Assembly: GCA_017935185.1 (NCBI GenBank)
Contig: JAGBIC010000028.1
Span: 4,438 to 68,437 of the forward strand
DNA from: Alistipes sp.
GTDB lineage: Bacteria; Bacteroidota; Bacteroidia; Bacteroidales; Rikenellaceae
Reading direction: 5' to 3'
DNA: 64,000 nt
Positions 42,882 to 53,595 of the stretch are shown here, piece by piece. The position numbers and the translations under genes are program-made. A model generated the notes under the pieces. It did not search any database. It saw only the letters and a list, made by a program, of their open reading frames with translations, and was not told where the DNA came from. How positions within the stretch are numbered: the stretch's first letter is position 1; every line of letters begins with the position of its first letter.

Positions 42882-42992
42882 AAAGTTGTGGTTTTAGGTT
42901 TTATTATTTTTCAAAGGTAATCAATTTTTGGGAAATAGCATCGCTTTTCTTTTATTTATGCCTATATTTGCCGTACAAATAAATATTTATTT

Positions 42993-43916
42993 ATGAAGAG
43001 GATTTTATCATACATGGTGTTATTTGCCACCATGATAGTTGTCGTAGGTTGTGACAACAATGGCACACCGCAGAATCGAATCGAGCGTATTTTGACAAAT
43101 ATGCACGATGCTACAACCAATCAGGTGATGGTAATCAGCCATCGTGGCGATTGGCGCAATTACCCCGAAAACTCTATTCCGGCAATCGAATCTGTAATAG
43201 CTATGGGGGTTGATATGGTTGAGATAGATATAGCTCTAACCAAGGATAGTGTTTTGGTGTTGTCGCACGACAGAACTATTGATCGTTGCACGACGGGTCG
43301 TGGAAGGGTGGACGAGTACACCTATGAGGAGTTGCAGAAGTTTTACCTGAAATCGGCGCATGGCGCGCGCAGCAGTTTCGATTTGAAGATACCCACCTTG
43401 CGTGAGGCTCTTGAGGTGTGCAAGGATAAGGTGATGGTAAATATCGATAAAGGTTACGACTATTACGATATGGTTCTGGCGCTTACCGAAGAGCTGGGTG
43501 TGAGCAATCAGGTGCTGATCAAGGGTGGAAAACCTTTGGCGGTGGTTAAGGAGAAATTTGCCATGCACAAGAATAATATGTTGTATATGCCGATTGTATC
43601 GCCTGCCAATAGTGGTCAGAAGGCTATGTTTGAGGAGTATCTTGCCGGTGAACCGCAGCTTGCCTACGAGATTTGCTGGGGCGAGATGAGCCCTGCCGTG
43701 GAGAGTGGAATGAAGCGTGTCCTTGAGAGCGGCTCGAAGTTGTGGGTTAATACCTTGTGGAATTCGCTTTGTGGAGGATTGAGTGATGATGTTGCGTGGG
43801 CGACATCTGCCGAGGAGGTATATGGCAAGGTGCTGGAGATGGGCGCTACAATGATTCAAACCGATCGTCCCGAGTTTTTGTTGGAGTATCTGCGTGAGCG
43901 AGGTCTGCACGATTAG
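42993..43916 (+). CDS. Glycerophosphodiester phosphodiesterase lipoprotein
   Basis: HRG, PENS, EID, HD and QTDRP motifs. Confidence 0.92.
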   Translation: MKRILSYMVLFATMIVVVGCDNNGTPQNRIERILTNMHDATTNQVMVISHRGDWRNYPENSIPAIESVIAMGVDMVEIDIALTKDSVLVLSHDRTIDRCTTGRGRVDEYTYEELQKFYLKSAHGARSSFDLKIPTLREALEVCKDKVMVNIDKGYDYYDMVLALTEELGVSNQVLIKGGKPLAVVKEKFAMHKNNMLYMPIVSPANSGQKAMFEEYLAGEPQLAYEICWGEMSPAVESGMKRVLESGSKLWVNTLWNSLCGGLSDDVAWATSAEEVYGKVLEMGATMIQTDRPEFLLEYLRERGLHD

Positions 43917-43933
43917 GGTATTGCCAAAAAGCT

Positions 43934-43966
43934 AAAAAAGCTATCCGTTAATTCGGGTAGCTTTTT
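43934..43966. terminator. Bidirectional terminator
   Basis: AAAAAGCTATCCG/CGGGTAGCTTTTT stem. Confidence 0.75.
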
Positions 43967-44573
43967 ATATGTAAAGCATTGTTACAATGCAAATCAAAAA
44001 ACCTCCCACAAAACTTGTCAGCAGTTGCAGGCTGCGGTGACGACCCATGTATAGTCGTGCCGAGGCGAGAATACCTGCCGAGATGATTGATATAAGCATG
44101 ACCCAAAAGAGAGAATTCTCACCAATTATATTCAATATGACAAGTGCCGCAACACCTGCCCCCATGGCGGTCAGATGCAGGCTTATGCGTGTGAATTGTA
44201 TCATGCCCAGGCAGAAAAGTTCGCACAGCATTGCTGCTACGGCAACTTTTCGGAATATGGTCAACGATGGTGATTTCATCAGGGTGAGGGCGCAAAGCAG
44301 AAAACAGCAGGCACCCACGAGCATGATTATCGACAGAAAGTGGTGGCGTGGCAGCCGCACGCCGCGAATACGTTGTATTCTCTTGACCAACATCACGGTA
44401 AGCGCCGGCAGAACTATGGCATAAAGCACCATCACCCATATCAAATATAGTTTGACACTCATCGGGTAATACGAATATATGGTGTTCATGAACAACAACA
44501 CCGTCATTATATATACGGGGATGAGTAGCGGGTGAAAGATTGCCGATATTATTTTTGCTGCTTGCTTATACAT
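43965..44573 (-). CDS. Membrane protein (PAP2-like C-terminus) downstream of rpoN
   Basis: About 6 TM segments; ISLH and SARL...H motifs. Confidence 0.7.
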   Translation of the reverse strand: MYKQAAKIISAIFHPLLIPVYIMTVLLFMNTIYSYYPMSVKLYLIWVMVLYAIVLPALTVMLVKRIQRIRGVRLPRHHFLSIIMLVGACCFLLCALTLMKSPSLTIFRKVAVAAMLCELFCLGMIQFTRISLHLTAMGAGVAALVILNIIGENSLFWVMLISIISAGILASARLYMGRHRSLQLLTSFVGGFLICIVTMLYI

Positions 44574-44574
44574 A

Positions 44575-45987
44575 TTAAATCTGTTTGCGTAGGCGTGCTA
44601 CGGGAATATCCAGCATCTCACGATACTTGGCCACCGTGCGTCGGGCAATGCAGTAGCCCTTGTCGTTGAGTATGTTCATGAGTGTTTCATCGGTCAGAGG
44701 GTGGCGCTTGTCCTCCTCGTCGATGCAGTTTTGCAGTATGTTTTTAATTTCGTAGCTCGAAACCATCTCGCCACTCTCGGTCTGCATTGCCTCCGAAAAG
44801 AGTGATTTGAGTAATATTATGCCGAAGTGCGTTTGGGCATATTTGCTGTTTACGACACGCGAAATGGTAGATACATCAAGGCCTGTACGGTCGGCGATAT
44901 CCTTCAAAATCATGGGTCGCAGCTTGCTCTTGTCGCCATCCTTGAAATACTCCTGCTGGAAATTCAAAATCTCCTGCATTGTGCGCATAAGCGTGTCGTG
45001 GCGTTGTTTTATGGCTGATATAAACCACTTTGCCGAATCTATTTTGCTCTTGACGAACTGTATGGCTTCGCGATTTTTTTCATCCACCATGCCATCTGCA
45101 CGCACCATGTCACGCATCATCTCGACATAGCGGCGGTTGATTTTGACGTCGGGTATGTTGTAGGAGTTGAGTGATAGTTCAAACTGCCCATCATGATAAT
45201 CTACTCTGAAGTCGGGGATGATGTATGGCGAGGCGTCCAGCGAACTGTCGGAGTATAGGTTGCCTGGTTTTGGCGAAAGACGCTTTATCTCATCGATGGC
45301 ATCACGGAATTCATCCTCGCTTACACCCAAACGAGATATGAGTTTCTCGTAATGTTTCTTTACAAATTCATCGAAATATGAGGTCAGAATTCGTTTTGCC
45401 AAGCGTTTTGTGGCAGTGTCTGTGTGCCACTGATTCATTTGCAGCAGGAGGCACTCCTGTAAGTTTCTTGCACCGATGCCGGCAGGCTCGAGCTGATGGA
45501 TAATCTTCAACAGACGCTCCAACTCATCTACGCTAATCTCGATGCCCAATGTGAATGCGATATCATCCGATATCGACTCCATATCACGTCGTAGATAGCC
45601 ATCTTCGTCGATACTTCCTACGATAAACTCGGCCACCTTCAGCTCTTGTTCCGATAGATTGCGATAGCGCAGCTGTTCACCTAAATACTCCTGCATGGAA
45701 CGGCCCTCTGTGAGATTTAAAGGTCGTTGCTTTTCGTCTTTCGAGAAGTTATTTATGCGACTTTTGTAGCTTGGAGTATCATCTTCGCGAATATAATCGT
45801 CAACCGAGATAACCTCCTCTTCCTCCTCGGAGGAGTGATCCTCCTCTAATACGATATTCTCCTCAATCTCTTGTTTGATGCGTTGCTCGAGCTGCATGGT
45901 AGGCAACTCCAGCAGCTTGATCATCTGAATCTGTTGCGGAGATAGGGTCTGTTGTAATTTCTGAATCTGACGTTGTGAAATAGCCAT
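44575..45987 (-). CDS. rpoN: RNA polymerase sigma-54 factor
   Basis: Gln-rich region I, STISR and the RpoN box ARRTVAKYRE. Confidence 0.97.
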   Translation of the reverse strand: MAISQRQIQKLQQTLSPQQIQMIKLLELPTMQLEQRIKQEIEENIVLEEDHSSEEEEEVISVDDYIREDDTPSYKSRINNFSKDEKQRPLNLTEGRSMQEYLGEQLRYRNLSEQELKVAEFIVGSIDEDGYLRRDMESISDDIAFTLGIEISVDELERLLKIIHQLEPAGIGARNLQECLLLQMNQWHTDTATKRLAKRILTSYFDEFVKKHYEKLISRLGVSEDEFRDAIDEIKRLSPKPGNLYSDSSLDASPYIIPDFRVDYHDGQFELSLNSYNIPDVKINRRYVEMMRDMVRADGMVDEKNREAIQFVKSKIDSAKWFISAIKQRHDTLMRTMQEILNFQQEYFKDGDKSKLRPMILKDIADRTGLDVSTISRVVNSKYAQTHFGIILLKSLFSEAMQTESGEMVSSYEIKNILQNCIDEEDKRHPLTDETLMNILNDKGYCIARRTVAKYREMLDIPVARLRKQI

Positions 45988-46069
45988 TTTTTCAATAATT
46001 TTGGCCTGCATTGTCTGGTGCAGGCGATAAATCCCACTTCGACAGGTCCCTTCTTTTCTTGGTTTTGAG

Positions 46070-46846
46070 TTATTTGTTTTTTCTTTCAGCCCTGATGGTG
46101 CGGACTATGGCATCAGACCAGAATTTTGCCAACTTCTTTGCCCCTCTCTCGTTGGGGTGAAGATAGAAGACTCCGGCCTGTCCATTCTCGGCAAACATGA
46201 ATTTCTTGTGTTTTAGGCTGAAGAAATCGAATGCATCGCAGTCACCCAAATAGATATCTTTGTTCTCTGCAGCCAACTCAATGAGGATATTGGTGTAGCC
46301 AATCATTCGCTTCTGTCCGGCAACCAGATATTGCGAGGCATTGTGAGTGTTGGGGCTGTACCATATCGGTTGTTGCAAGACAAATATCGCATTGGGACAC
46401 AGGTGACGAATCTCGTTAATCATGGTGGTAAGGTTCTTCTTGTAGTCGTTGTTTGACACAGGCGAACCGTTGGGCCCGAAGTTTGCCGAGTCGTTTGTTC
46501 CCAACATTATTGAGAATATTATCGGCTCGTAGCTCAATGCCTGAATATCCTTTATCGCTTGTCTTACTCGCTTGAAGTCAGCATTCTTTGCCGGCAGGAA
46601 ATCTACCGTGGTGGCACCTGAACGGCCGCAGTTACGGAAATTCACATTGCATGACAAAGCCTTGCCGGTGAACTCTGCCGCAAATACGGGTGGAGCTGTC
46701 TTGGCTTTGTTGGTATGCAAAGCACCTTCGGTGATGCTGTTGCCTATGAACACCAAATTACATGTCTGCTTCTTCAGGCTTTGGGCGTGCGCCCCGATTG
46801 TGCCGATAAGCAGCAAGGCGAGTGTTGTGTAAAATAATTTCTTCAT
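46070..46846 (-). CDS. SGNH/GDSL esterase
   Basis: GNSIT, GRSG, GTND and LHP motifs; signal peptide. Confidence 0.9.
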   Translation of the reverse strand: MKKLFYTTLALLLIGTIGAHAQSLKKQTCNLVFIGNSITEGALHTNKAKTAPPVFAAEFTGKALSCNVNFRNCGRSGATTVDFLPAKNADFKRVRQAIKDIQALSYEPIIFSIMLGTNDSANFGPNGSPVSNNDYKKNLTTMINEIRHLCPNAIFVLQQPIWYSPNTHNASQYLVAGQKRMIGYTNILIELAAENKDIYLGDCDAFDFFSLKHKKFMFAENGQAGVFYLHPNERGAKKLAKFWSDAIVRTIRAERKNK

Positions 46847-46877
46847 ATACGATAGGTTGTTTCAGGCATAATGTATA

Positions 46878-48266
46878 CTAAAACTCGGCGTTGTTCGGTG
46901 TGCGGGGGAAGGGGATAACGTCGCGAATGTTACCCATACCCGTTACGAATAGCAGCAGGCGCTCAAATCCCAGACCGAAGCCAGAGTGAGGTGCAGAGCC
47001 CCAGCGGCGTGTGTCGAGATACCACCAGATATCTGCCTCGTTCATGCCGAGTTCCTTTACGCGTGCAGAAAGTTTGCCATAATCGGCCTCACGCTCCGAA
47101 CCACCGATAATCTCGCCGATTTTGGGGAACAATACGTCCATAGCTCGTACTGTCTTGCCATCCTCGTTCTGCTTCATGTAGAAAGCCTTGATCTCCTTGG
47201 GATAGTTGATAAGGATTACGGGACGCTTGAAGTGCTCCTCCACGAGGTAACGCTCATGCTCCGACTGCAAATCGCAACCCCAATCGCAGGGGAACTCGAA
47301 CTTGCGGCCTGAAGCCTTCAAAATCTCGATACCTTCGGTGTAGTCCAGATGTACGAAATCGTTTGCCAATACAAATTCCAATCGCTCGATAAGCTCCTTG
47401 TCCCACATCTTGTTCATGAACTCCAAATCCTCGCGGCAGTTCTCCAACGCGTAGCGAATCAGGTACTTGAGGAAGTCCTCTGCCAGCTCCATGTTGTCGG
47501 ACAACTCATAGAATGCCATCTCGGGCTCAATCATCCAGAACTCGGCAAGGTGGCGAGGAGTATTTGAATTCTCGGCGCGGAATGTAGGGCCGAAGGTATA
47601 GATACGACCGAGCGATAAAGCTCCAAGCTCACCCTCCAACTGGCCGGAAACGGTCAGGTTGCAAGGTTTGCCGAAGAAGTCCTGAGTGTAGTCTACCTTA
47701 CCATCTTCGGTGCGGGGAGGGTTGGCGATATCGAGAGTTGTAACATTAAACATTGCACCTGCTCCCTCGCAGTCTGAACCTGTGATAAGCGGGGTGTGCA
47801 GATAGTAAAAACCGTTGTCGTTGAAATATTTGTGAATTGCAAAAGCCATGGCGTGACGAATACGCAACACAGCCCCAAAGGTGTTGGTGCGGGGACGCAG
47901 ATAAGCAATGTCGCGCAAGAATTCCAACGAGTGACCCTTCTTCTGCAAAGGATAGCTCTCGGGGTCGGCAGTGCCGTAAATCTCGATCTTCTCGGCCTGA
48001 ACCTCTACGCCCTGTCCTGATGCGGGAGACTCAACGAGCTTACCGTCTACGCGGATACAAGCTCCTGTGGTGATTAGCTTGAGCTGCTCATCGTTGAACG
48101 AAGCCAAATCAACTACAATCTGAATATTTGCCACACATGAACCATCGTTCAATGCAATGAATGCCACATTTTTGTTGCCACGTTTTGTGCGCACCCAACC
48201 TTTTACTGTGATGTCGCAACCCGTGTTGCCTGATTTCAGAATCTCTGCAATTCTCTGAGTTTTCAT
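46878..48266 (-). CDS. asnS: Asparagine--tRNA ligase
   Basis: OB fold, [21 protein letters not shown] and GFGLGFER motifs. Confidence 0.97.
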   Translation of the reverse strand: MKTQRIAEILKSGNTGCDITVKGWVRTKRGNKNVAFIALNDGSCVANIQIVVDLASFNDEQLKLITTGACIRVDGKLVESPASGQGVEVQAEKIEIYGTADPESYPLQKKGHSLEFLRDIAYLRPRTNTFGAVLRIRHAMAFAIHKYFNDNGFYYLHTPLITGSDCEGAGAMFNVTTLDIANPPRTEDGKVDYTQDFFGKPCNLTVSGQLEGELGALSLGRIYTFGPTFRAENSNTPRHLAEFWMIEPEMAFYELSDNMELAEDFLKYLIRYALENCREDLEFMNKMWDKELIERLEFVLANDFVHLDYTEGIEILKASGRKFEFPCDWGCDLQSEHERYLVEEHFKRPVILINYPKEIKAFYMKQNEDGKTVRAMDVLFPKIGEIIGGSEREADYGKLSARVKELGMNEADIWWYLDTRRWGSAPHSGFGLGFERLLLFVTGMGNIRDVIPFPRTPNNAEF

Positions 48267-48428
48267 GATTATGATAGTTTTATTTATTTGTCGTTATCGG
48301 TATAATACTTTTATCAATCTACAAAGGTAGGCATTTATTTGATATTTGTCAAAAAAAAAGTACCTTTGCAAACGGTACTATGTACCGTCAGGCGAGAATT
48401 GCCCGTTTACTACTAAAAAAGAATAGTC

Positions 48429-49736
48429 ATGAGAAATTTATTATTTGCAATAGTAGCACTGTTGTCTATCATATCGGTTGAGGCGCAAAATGCCCGTATT
48501 TATCGCAGTGAATTTATCACTTACGACAAACGAGAGGATGCTGTGGCCGACAATCGTACTCAAACTGCCCGCTATTTCGATTACAAACCGCAGCGCATTG
48601 CCGTAGCAGGTGGCGAGGCTCGTTTTGTGCAGAAGATTGAGATTGATGCCACTATGAATGACTACAACCTCTTCTTCCATATCGAGAATGTAGGTAGTGC
48701 CTACACCATCTTTATCAATAATGAGCCTATTGCCGATGTTGAGGACCCTATCACACCTGCCGATTTCCTTATTTCGCCCTATCTGCGTCAGGGTGTCAAC
48801 GAGATTATGGTGGGTGAGCGTCAGAGCCGTACCCCGCAATTGCAGGAGAATATCATTCAGCCCGGATTCAAGCAGTTCGAAAACAGCTATATCTTTGCGC
48901 AGCGTCGTCTTGCAGTACGTGATTTCAATATCGCTCTCGAGCCTCATGAGTCGAGAGAGTATGCGAAGCTGAAACTGGATGTTATTATTGCCAACGATTT
49001 CAATTTCAATGAGACTATTCAGGTGGGATTCGATATTTACGACCCCAAGGGTAAGTTGCGCGAGTTTAGTGTGAATGAGTTGGAGTTGGAGGGTCGTTCT
49101 ATTGATACTCTGCGTTTCAATCCCGACATCTATCATGCCTACAACTTTAAGTGGGGCGATGGTCAGCCACCGCTCTACGATGTTATGATTTATGTGAAGC
49201 GTAACGGCATGTTGTGGGAGTATATCCCTCTGAAGATAGGTTTCGGTAAGACCGAATATCGCGATGGAAAGTATTTCCGTTTCGACCAGGTGCTTCACAT
49301 TCAGAAGAAGGAGCATTTTAATGCTACCGATGATCGTCATCAGACGTTTGTAGCTATCGAGCAACTTAAGTTGCGAGGATACAACACATTGTGCCCCGAT
49401 TATCCGCAGCCCAAGTGGTTCTACGATATGTGTGACAAGGCGGGTATGTTTGTAATCGAGCGAATGAATCTTAACTCTCCCACAAATAGTAATATCCGTT
49501 CTGTCGGAGGTACGCCGGCCAACGATCCTGCATTGGTGGATGAGTATCTTACCCGCGCAAAGGCCATGTATTATCGTTCACGCAACCACTCATGTGTGAT
49601 AGCCTACTCGTTAGGTAGTGCCGATTCGGGGAATGGCTACAATATGTATAAAGTCTACGAGTGGATAAAGTCGGTAGAGAAGGAGCGTCCCGTATTTTAT
49701 GAGGGTGCCGAGGGCGAGTGGAATACCGATTTGTAA
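48429..49736 (+). CDS. Short GH2-like protein, apparently non-catalytic
   Basis: Resembles the N-terminal half of GH2 (YPQPKWFYDMCDKAG, RNHSCVIAYSLG) but lacks the NE motif and the nucleophile region. Confidence 0.75.
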   Translation: MRNLLFAIVALLSIISVEAQNARIYRSEFITYDKREDAVADNRTQTARYFDYKPQRIAVAGGEARFVQKIEIDATMNDYNLFFHIENVGSAYTIFINNEPIADVEDPITPADFLISPYLRQGVNEIMVGERQSRTPQLQENIIQPGFKQFENSYIFAQRRLAVRDFNIALEPHESREYAKLKLDVIIANDFNFNETIQVGFDIYDPKGKLREFSVNELELEGRSIDTLRFNPDIYHAYNFKWGDGQPPLYDVMIYVKRNGMLWEYIPLKIGFGKTEYRDGKYFRFDQVLHIQKKEHFNATDDRHQTFVAIEQLKLRGYNTLCPDYPQPKWFYDMCDKAGMFVIERMNLNSPTNSNIRSVGGTPANDPALVDEYLTRAKAMYYRSRNHSCVIAYSLGSADSGNGYNMYKVYEWIKSVEKERPVFYEGAEGEWNTDL

Positions 49737-49772
49737 TGGCAGAAATATTGCATAATTAGCCATTTTGCAGAG

Positions 49773-50246
49773 ATGAATATCGAACTTGTTGTTGTCGGTA
49801 AGACCGATTCCAAAGAGGTTGAAGCACTTGTGGAGATGTATGCAAAGCGGGTTAATCGCTATTGTAAATTCTCTATCACCACCTTGGCCGATGTGCGTAA
49901 TACCCGAAATATGGCGCCGTCGCGTCAGAAACAACTCGAGGGCGAGGTAATACTCCGTATGGTTGGCGATGGCGACTGCCTGACTCTGATGGATGAAAAG
50001 GGCGCACAATACACCTCGATAGAGTATTCGCAGTGGTTGCAAAAACGCATGTTGAGTGGCGTGAAACGTCTGCTGATAGTCATAGGTGGCCCTTATGGGT
50101 TCTCGGCAGATGTCTATGCTCGCGCCGATCAAAAAATCTCTCTCTCGAAGATGACATTTTCTCATCAGATAGTACGCGCAATTTTTGCCGAACAGTTGTA
50201 TCGCGCCTTTACTATTCTACACAATGAGCCATATCATCATGAGTAA
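49773..50246 (+). CDS. rlmH: 23S rRNA pseudouridine-1915 N3-methyltransferase
   Basis: IGGPYG, SLSKMTFSH, EQLYRA and PYHH motifs. Confidence 0.97.
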   Translation: MNIELVVVGKTDSKEVEALVEMYAKRVNRYCKFSITTLADVRNTRNMAPSRQKQLEGEVILRMVGDGDCLTLMDEKGAQYTSIEYSQWLQKRMLSGVKRLLIVIGGPYGFSADVYARADQKISLSKMTFSHQIVRAIFAEQLYRAFTILHNEPYHHE

Positions 50247-52227
50247 ATTCAAGAAAATATCGGGAAGTGCTACGTTGCTTACATTGTGGCGTGTCGCATT
50301 GTTGTATATCGTTCTCATTCTGTGCCGAGCTGTTTTTTATCGCTATAATCACGAGCTGATAGGTGTGTTGCCATCTGAAGAGCTGGGCAGTCTGTTGCTC
50401 GGCTCATTGCAATTCGATACCGTATCGATACTATACGCTAATGCGGTCTTTATCTTGTTGTCGCTTTTGCCTTTGCATCTGCGTGAGCGAGGCTGGTGGC
50501 AGAAAATGCTGTTCTGGTATTATGTGGTAGTGAATTCGGTGCTGCTTGTGGTTATGAATATGGCCGATGCAATCTATTTCAGGTATACCCAAAAGCGATT
50601 TTCGGCTGATGAACTCTTTTTTGCCGACAACGAGAACTCGTTACAGTTGGTTTTGAAGTTCGCCGCTGAAAATTGGCATATTGTCATTGCGGGAATAGCT
50701 CTCATTATGTTGCTGGTGTGGGGATATCGACGCAAGGCTGTTGTAGAGAATGTTTTGCATGGTGTATGGTATTATGTCGTTGCCACGCTGATTCTGCTTT
50801 TGGCGGTGGGCCTCTCGATTGGTGGTATTCGTGGAGGTTTTACCAAGATGACGCGCCCTATAACTCTGTCGAATGCTACACTCTATACGCCCGACAACGC
50901 TCGTGCGACCATGATCCTGAGCAATCCGTTCTGCGTGTTGCGTACCATGGGCTCGAGTGGGAAGTTGCATTACGAGAAATATTTTAGCGAGGAGGAGTTG
51001 GCTGCGATATATTCACCGGAGCATATTATTGATACAAATTCTACCCCCCCCCAACAAACAGAACTTACCGGAAGGAATGTGGTAATCTTCATTATGGAGA
51101 GTTTCTCTGCCGAGCATTCAGCACTATTGCGTCCCGATATATATGCCGAGCGCGAGCAGCAGGGTTATACTCCGTTTCTGGACTCCCTGATGCGTCAGAG
51201 CTATACATTTTATAATATGTACTCAAACGGTAAACGCTCAATACAGGCTCTGCCTGCCGTGTGGAGCTCCATTCCATCGTTTAAAAGTCCGTTTGTCCTT
51301 ATGCCGCAGTCGGTAGCCGAGACCCGCTCTCTGCCTGCAATATTGAGGGATAAGGGGTATAAGACCATGTTCTTCTGTGGTTCAGACCATGGCTCTATGG
51401 GGTTTGGTGCGTATGCCCGTGCTGCCGGTATGGAGCATTTGTTCAGCCGTGAGGATTATGAGGCGGCGCATGGCAAAACAGATTTTGACGGCTATTGGGG
51501 CATTTGGGACGAGAAATTTATGCAGTATATGGGCGAGGAACTTGGCCGTGCCGAGCAGCCTTTCTTCTCGACAATGTTCACTCTTACCTCGCACCACCCC
51601 TTTGTTGTGCCTGCCGAATATGAAGGTTATTTCCCTGAAGGTGAGACTGCTAACCATAAGTGCGTAGGTTATGTTGATAATGCGTTCCGTCTCTTCTTCA
51701 AACGCTTCGAGAATGAGGAGTGGTTCAAGAATACCATTTTCCTGTTTGTGGCCGACCATGTGTCGAGCGAGCGTTTCTCGGAACAGTTTATGCGCTCTCC
51801 GGGCGATTATCATATTTTCGGATTTATGCATGCTCCCGATAGTGCGCTTGTTGGCGAACATCATGGCGTGGTGTCGCAGATAGATATTATGCCCACCTTG
51901 CTGGGTCTGTTGGGTAATGAGGAGTCATATTTTGCCTTTGGTCGTGATATATTTAATGAACAGGGTTCTATGCCTATGGCGGTGAACTACGATAATAATA
52001 TGTTTCAGGTTATTACGGAACAAGATTTGATAATATTCGATGAGAAGCAGGTCGTAGGAGTCTACTCGGTGGATGATGTCGCGCATGAGAAAAATCGAGT
52101 TTCGCAGAGAGATGTACGAGATGTTGAAAATCGCCTTAAGGCTCTTATCCAAAGCTATTATACTAGAGTCGAGAATAAAGATTATTTGGTAGATGATAAT
52201 ACCGTTTCGCAAGGTGGAGTTGAGTAG
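50239..52227 (+). CDS. LTA synthase-family (phosphoglycerol transferase/sulfatase-like) membrane protein
   Basis: Five N-terminal TM helices; IMESF, TPFLDSL, TSHHPF and ADH motifs. Confidence 0.9.
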   Translation: MSKFKKISGSATLLTLWRVALLYIVLILCRAVFYRYNHELIGVLPSEELGSLLLGSLQFDTVSILYANAVFILLSLLPLHLRERGWWQKMLFWYYVVVNSVLLVVMNMADAIYFRYTQKRFSADELFFADNENSLQLVLKFAAENWHIVIAGIALIMLLVWGYRRKAVVENVLHGVWYYVVATLILLLAVGLSIGGIRGGFTKMTRPITLSNATLYTPDNARATMILSNPFCVLRTMGSSGKLHYEKYFSEEELAAIYSPEHIIDTNSTPPQQTELTGRNVVIFIMESFSAEHSALLRPDIYAEREQQGYTPFLDSLMRQSYTFYNMYSNGKRSIQALPAVWSSIPSFKSPFVLMPQSVAETRSLPAILRDKGYKTMFFCGSDHGSMGFGAYARAAGMEHLFSREDYEAAHGKTDFDGYWGIWDEKFMQYMGEELGRAEQPFFSTMFTLTSHHPFVVPAEYEGYFPEGETANHKCVGYVDNAFRLFFKRFENEEWFKNTIFLFVADHVSSERFSEQFMRSPGDYHIFGFMHAPDSALVGEHHGVVSQIDIMPTLLGLLGNEESYFAFGRDIFNEQGSMPMAVNYDNNMFQVITEQDLIIFDEKQVVGVYSVDDVAHEKNRVSQRDVRDVENRLKALIQSYYTRVENKDYLVDDNTVSQGGVE

Positions 52228-53521
52228 CCGAGAGGCGATTGATGCTCTCCTGAAAGATAACGACACCCCAATTTGTGACTACTGTTTTGCCAATATTTTC
52301 GCGTGGCAGCCTGTGTACTATATCGAGTGGGCAAATGTCTGCGGAGTGCTGGTCGTGCGGTTTCGGCTCGATGACGGGGGTTGGGGTTATATGCCTGTCG
52401 GCAAGGGTGATATCTCTGTCGTTGTAGAGGCTTTGAAGCAAGATGCGGCAGAGCGTAATATCCGTTTTCGATTGGTGAGCTTTGATAGTCGTTATGCCGG
52501 CTTGTTTGGCCCGGACTATGCCGTATGCGATAATCTCGACTACCGAGATTATATCTATTCTGTTGAGGAACTTTGCGAGTTGCGTGGTCGTAAGTTCCAA
52601 CCCAAACGCAACCATATAAATCGTTTTGAGTCGAATTACAATTACACCTTTAATCTTCTGGGCCCAAGTGATTTTGATGATTGTGTGGCGCTCGAGTCTT
52701 TGTGGCAGGCAAGAAAGTGCGCGACAATGGGTGTTACTTGCTCGGGCGAGGGCGGTGAGCAGTGTGCGATACGAAGAATCTTTGCGAATTATGAAAGCCT
52801 TGATATGCTCGGTGGTGTATTGCGTGTCGAAGGTAAGGTTGTGGCTTTTGTTGTCGGCTCACGATTGACAAGCGACACCTTCTGTGTGCATTTCGAGAAG
52901 GCAGATATCGATTATGAGGGGGTGTTCCCCATGATAAATCGTCTGTTTGCTCTTGAACTCGCCAAAAAGGGATATAGTTATGTCAACCGTGAAGAGGATA
53001 TGGGCCTTGACGGGTTGCGTCGGGCTAAACAATCTTACCATCCCGTACGTTTGGAGCCCAAGCTGGGTATCGCGTTGCTTGCGGAGCGTGAGAAGCAGTG
53101 CCGCATGTTGTGGCACGATGTTTTTGGCGATGATGTAGAGTTTATAGATAGTTTCCTCGTGGAGTATTATCGACCTGAAAATATGCTTGTCATCGAGCGT
53201 GATGGTAGGGTCATATCTATGCTTTATATAGTCGAAATGCAAACTGACTATGGCCCTACGGGCTATCTGTATGCCATTGCGACCTGTCCCGAGTGGCGCA
53301 AACATGGGTTGGCTTCAGAGCTGATAAATAGGGCTTTGAAGATCTCGCGCGAGCGTGGTTTTGCAGCAGTTATGCTAATCCCGAGTGGCGATGACGTCAA
53401 ACGATTCTACCAAAATTTCGGCTTTGAAGATGTTGGTTACAAGCTCGATTTTTCCGAGGGTTTCGACTTCGGAACGGGTGACAGTGCGCTTGATTTGGCA
53501 ATGGTGAAGGTTCTGAAGTAA
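52193..53521 (+). CDS. DUF2156 (aminoacyl-PG synthase C-terminal-like) domain fused to a GNAT domain
   Basis: DYIY, KRNHINRF, HFEKA and NREEDMG..GLRRAKQSYHP motifs, followed by YAIAT.PEWRKHGLA. Confidence 0.85.
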   Translation: MIIPFRKVELSSREAIDALLKDNDTPICDYCFANIFAWQPVYYIEWANVCGVLVVRFRLDDGGWGYMPVGKGDISVVVEALKQDAAERNIRFRLVSFDSRYAGLFGPDYAVCDNLDYRDYIYSVEELCELRGRKFQPKRNHINRFESNYNYTFNLLGPSDFDDCVALESLWQARKCATMGVTCSGEGGEQCAIRRIFANYESLDMLGGVLRVEGKVVAFVVGSRLTSDTFCVHFEKADIDYEGVFPMINRLFALELAKKGYSYVNREEDMGLDGLRRAKQSYHPVRLEPKLGIALLAEREKQCRMLWHDVFGDDVEFIDSFLVEYYRPENMLVIERDGRVISMLYIVEMQTDYGPTGYLYAIATCPEWRKHGLASELINRALKISRERGFAAVMLIPSGDDVKRFYQNFGFEDVGYKLDFSEGFDFGTGDSALDLAMVKVLK

Positions 53522-53548
53522 AATCATATAATATAGTGTGTGCAAAAC

Positions 53549-53577
53549 AAAAGCCACCCCTTGCGGAGTGGCTTTTT
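53549..53577. terminator. Bidirectional terminator
   Basis: AAAAGCCACCCC/GGAGTGGCTTTT stem. Confidence 0.75.
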
Positions 53578-53595
53578 CTATTGAGTTTATAAGAA

